Shown here: piece by piece, positions 62,486-64,000 of the stretch
How positions within the stretch are numbered: the first letter of the stretch is position 1
How the letters are laid out: each line of letters begins with the position of its first letter
DNA from: a plasmid
Direction: 5' to 3' (one strand)
DNA: 64,000 nucleotides
Assembly: GCF_055900595.2 (NCBI RefSeq)
Contig: NZ_JBVWEU010000002.1
Translations under genes and position numbers: made by a program
Notes under the pieces: model-generated
Database searches by the model: none
What the model saw: only the letters and a program-made list of their open reading frames with translations
Told to the model about the DNA's origin: nothing

Positions 62486-62797
62486 CTATTTAATCCACTG
62501 CCGGAAACACGAATCGGGAACATTATGAAAAATACCGCGCAGCAGGGCTGTTGGCATATACCAGTAAATCAGGTCACGTAACCAGGAACTGCCCCGCCCT
62601 TTTTTCAGTTTTTTAATCCCGAAATAAACCAGAACCGCTGCACCAATACCGAACAGATATTTCGATGTTGTGATACCCCAGCCAATACAGATTGCTGCGG
62701 GGATCAGTTCATCCAGTGGCAGGCCAAACCAGCGGCTCTGGTTGGTCAGTGTTTCCGGGAAACGATATTTCTTAAGTTTATTCTCGTCTCCCGACAT
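62486..62797 (-). CDS. traL: TraL (VirB3-like) pilus assembly protein
   Basis: 103-aa ORF in the F traL slot. Confidence 0.92.
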
Positions 62798-62811
62798 CGT
62801 TTTATTTCCTG

Positions 62812-63171
62812 TCAGAGGCCAACGACGGCCATACCCACAGCAATAAATACAGAGATGATGGCAAAACCGGCCAGGAACTTGACGTTTTTGGTCATCATGT
62901 ACATGACAGCACCGACCAGAACTTCAGCCAGAACAACCCATTTAACAACACTGGAGTCCTTACCGAAGGTCGCCTTAACCGTGGTGTTACCGCTTGCCAT
63001 CAGGTCCTGGCCCTGTGCTGCCATTGCCAGTTGCGGGAAGAACATCATCAGAACAGCAGCCGGGATCACAGCGCGAGCCAGGCGAAGCATATTCAGACGA
63101 GTGAATTTAGAAAAAAACGATTTCTTTTTGACGGGCGCAGAAGCACCCTGAACACTTAAAACAGCATTCAT
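62812..63171 (-). CDS. traA: TraA propilin (F-type pilin, [13 protein letters not shown] variant)
   Basis: [51 protein letters not shown]|[27 protein letters not shown]... is recognised. Confidence 0.97.
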
Positions 63172-63203
63172 AAGTTACCTCAATTTCGGATAAATGAATA
63201 AAA

Positions 63204-63599
63204 CTAGAGTGTATTAAATGTTATATCTTCCTCTTTATCTGCCTCCCTGAATATCTCCGAGTTATAAAAATCAGGAAACTTGATCAAATGATCAATAACT
63301 CTGTCTGCAGCCTCATCTGTTTTACACCATCCACTACGATTTTTGGCTGCAATAAGTAGCTGGTTAGTTTCATCATCCAGACGCATTGTCAGATACTTAA
63401 CCAGCGACTTACCATAGATATTCCCTGCCCTGTTAAACTTTGGATAGCGGTGAAGATGATCTTTAAGTCTTATTACTGCCTCAAACGATCGACTTCTTCC
63501 GCTTCTGTTACTTGCCTCAATTAATAGACTTTCCACATCTACAGGTAATTTTAGTTTTACCATCTTACCTGTTGCAGAACGTGTACCAAATCTTTTCAA
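63204..63599 (-). CDS. traY: TraY relaxosome accessory / tra operon activator (131 aa from the TTG start)
   Basis: (M)KRFGTRSATGKMVKLKLPVDVESLLIEASNRSGRSRSFEAVIRLKDHL... A GGGAGG SD lies 5 nt before the TTG at 63599, the start reported for F traY. Confidence 0.93.
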   Translation of the reverse strand: MKRFGTRSATGKMVKLKLPVDVESLLIEASNRSGRSRSFEAVIRLKDHLHRYPKFNRAGNIYGKSLVKYLTMRLDDETNQLLIAAKNRSGWCKTDEAADRVIDHLIKFPDFYNSEIFREADKEEDITFNTL

Positions 63600-63697
63600 T
63601 AACACCTCCCGCTGTTTATCTTCTGGTTACCACTTATGTTTGCAGAATAATCAGAAAAGGTAAATAGACGGAAAGTCTATATTTTATTAACACTTTA

Positions 63698-64000
63698 TTA
63701 ACGCGTATTTATGATACACATAGCCTTCTCGTACAAATAATGAATAAACTTTTTATTGTAGAGTAAGATGATTAACTCATCTTTATTAGAAACAGAGAAG
63801 TAGTCGCATATCAGAGATGCGTGTTTCTTTGATGTGGAGATGGATATTTTTAATATTCTTGCTATAGCATTATGACTGATTCCGGTGCTATATAAGTAAA
63901 AGACATCATTTACATATGATGATACAGAAGAATCATCACTCATTCTTCTGATTATATTTCTGATATCATCACTGACAATCGTTTTTTGATTATAACTGTC
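63698..64000 (-). CDS. traJ: TraJ transfer activator, C-terminal part (the gene runs off the window end)
   Basis: The frame is open to base 64000. A LuxR-type HTH (GISHNAIARILKISISTSKKH) is present. It lies upstream of traY. Confidence 0.85.
   Translation of the reverse strand, partial: DSYNQKTIVSDDIRNIIRRMSDDSSVSSYVNDVFYLYSTGISHNAIARILKISISTSKKHASLICDYFSVSNKDELIILLYNKKFIHYLYEKAMCIINTR

Overview
This window is a segment of an F-like (IncFII/RepFIIA-type) conjugative plasmid from an enterobacterium. I base that on protein sequences I recognise: TraI, TraD, TraG, TraA pilin, RepA1/CopB, SrnB and FinO. All homology statements come from memory and pattern recognition, not from database searches.

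Layout:
(1) 1-5.3 kb holds accessory genes: a stand-alone allophanate-hydrolase C-domain-like protein, an NCS1 permease, a LysR regulator and an AT-rich cytochrome b562-like gene. It ends in a truncated IS2 fused in frame to an ABC-ATPase fragment.
(2) 5.3-7.35 kb holds two nested ORF-less elements bounded by Tn3-family-type 38-bp inverted repeats, a 92-aa hypothetical gene and a second ProQ/FinO-domain gene.
(3) 7.35-22.36 kb is a 15,008-bp IS1-bounded composite transposon. A perfect 9-bp target duplication flanks it, and it splits a hexapeptide acetyltransferase gene. The cargo is LysR + ankyrin + DUF2877 + FdrA-like + DUF1116 + permease + carbamate kinase (yahB/D/E/F/G/I-like). It also carries IS911-like, IS2-like and two ISL3-like remnants, and IS100 sits inside the right-hand IS1.
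(4) 22.7-28.2 kb is the replication and maintenance backbone: a RelE/Phd-type TA pair, two inverted Ter sites, oriR, repA-tap-copA-copB, the srnB hok-type killer, a frameshifted DUF2726 gene and an SNase-like nuclease.
(5) 28.2-64 kb (minus strand) is the F-type transfer operon, finO-traX-traI-traD-traT-traS-traG-traH ... traA-traY-traJ(partial). It is interrupted between traN and trbE by a 4.2-kb block of one IS3-family and one IS21-family element.

I saw no rRNA, tRNA or CRISPR array, and I recognised no canonical defence system.

The best candidates for something not yet described are:
- the transposon-borne yah-like catabolic module;
- the ProQ/FinO-paralog plus 92-aa gene pair next to the nested miniature elements;
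- a ~75-nt structured element conserved downstream of traT and the DUF2726 gene;
- the three uncharacterised ORFs between traR and traC.
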